From Lachnospiraceae bacterium (GTDB lineage: Bacteria > Bacillota > Clostridia > Lachnospirales > Lachnospiraceae): a stretch of 64,000 nt of DNA. Shown piece after piece: positions 63,460 through 64,000 of the stretch. The position numbers were made by a program, and so were the translations under genes. The notes under the pieces are model-generated. The model did no database searches. It was given only the letters and a program-made list of their open reading frames with translations, and was not told the DNA's origin. The stretch is from NCBI GenBank assembly GCA_017462755.1, contig JAFTQM010000014.1, positions 2,316 to 66,315 of the forward strand. Reading direction: 5' to 3'. The number at the start of each line of letters is the position of its first letter. The stretch's first letter is position 1.

Positions 63460-64000
63460 TTAATTTTCGAGGATATCGGAAATATCCTGTAGCCCCTTGT
63501 GTGTGGTAACGACGATAACGGTATCATTTAACTGAATGCTGTCACGACCGGAAGGGGTAATGATGCGGTTGTTGCGTACAATACAACAAATCAGCAGATT
63601 CTTTTTGAGCTTTAGCTGCAATAAAGGAATATTGGTAACGGAGCAGCTTTCGCCGATGTGGAATTCCAAAGCCTCTACCTGATTGTCCAGCAGACGATAG
63701 AGAGCTTCGACGTTGTTGCTGCCATAGGAGTTACCGTAGCTTCGAACATATTGCAGAATATGCTCCGTTGTAATGTGCTTTGGCGAAATGGTACTGCCGA
63801 TTGGCAGGTCTTCTGCAATTTCACTCAGTGCCAGGCGGTTCATCTTGGTAATTTTCTTGCACTTTGGGTTTATCTTATTGGCAAACAGGGAGAGAAAGAC
63901 GTTTTCCTCGTCCATGTTGGTCAATGCAACAAAAGCATCTGCACTTGCCAGACCTTCCTCGAGCAAAATCTTATGGTCGGTGGCATCGGCATGAATAATG
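63460..64000 (-). CDS. trkA: Trk system potassium uptake protein TrkA (C-terminal part; gene continues beyond the window)
   Basis: The frame stays open to the window edge (...IIHADATDHKILLEEGLASADAFVALT...). RCK_C-type C-terminal domain. Directly upstream of trkH. Confidence 0.85.
   Translation of the reverse strand, partial: IIHADATDHKILLEEGLASADAFVALTNMDEENVFLSLFANKINPKCKKITKMNRLALSEIAEDLPIGSTISPKHITTEHILQYVRSYGNSYGSNNVEALYRLLDNQVEALEFHIGESCSVTNIPLLQLKLKKNLLICCIVRNNRIITPSGRDSIQLNDTVIVVTTHKGLQDISDILEN

Noticed and set aside
1-64000. tRNA, rRNA, tmRNA, RNase P, SRP RNA, CRISPR arrays and prophage or integrase genes.
   Set aside because: Visual inspection of every intergenic gap longer than 100 nt showed no cloverleaf-type conserved arms (for example GGTTCGAATCC), no rRNA-like sequence, no spaced repeats and no integrase or recombinase ORF. 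A tRNAscan/Infernal run is still advisable.

Overview
This is about 64 kb of chromosomal DNA that looks like a Firmicutes/Clostridia (Lachnospiraceae-like) genome. That assignment is inferred from gene content (pth-mfd, spoVG, glgCD, a dnaD-like/dnaI-like pair, murC, yitT, trkAH), strong GGAGG-type ribosome-binding sites and hairpin-plus-T-run terminators. No taxonomic search was possible. I call about 50 protein-coding genes and no rRNA, tRNA or CRISPR array. Where a Shine-Dalgarno (SD) site supports an internal start, I moved the start downstream of the ORF-track start. Housekeeping blocks: pth-mfd-prsA-like; truA; an sbcD/sbcC-like pair plus a class A PBP; prs; dnaD-like/dnaI-like; murC; glgC-glgD; spoVG; trkA-trkH. 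Accessory content sits mostly at 1-21 kb: two GNAT genes; an ECF sigma factor fused in frame to a 256-aa unknown domain; a decayed GNAT fragment next to a low-GC island carrying one Abi_2 (AbiD/AbiF-type) abortive-infection gene; an ABC/DUF1854/ABC operon; a two-component system with a MacB/FtsX-type ABC exporter; and a truncated Rpn-family fragment. The observations I rate highest follow. (1) Two copies of an unclassified 210-250 nt foldback element (28261-28471 and 34059-34305) share an identical 49-nt apical core in opposite orientation. Their arms have diverged but stay self-complementary. (2) At least seven same-orientation DnaA-box 9-mers (three perfect TGTGGATAA) flank an AT-rich spacer directly upstream of the dnaD-like/dnaI-like operon. 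(3) The ECF sigma fusion has an internal SD+ATG and an ECF-type GAAC-N17-CGTC promoter upstream. (4) In the ABC/DUF1854/ABC operon both transporters carry an N-terminal cytoplasmic domain with a Cys4 zinc ribbon. I see no clear multi-gene novel defence system. All functional calls rest on motif recognition by eye and need database confirmation.
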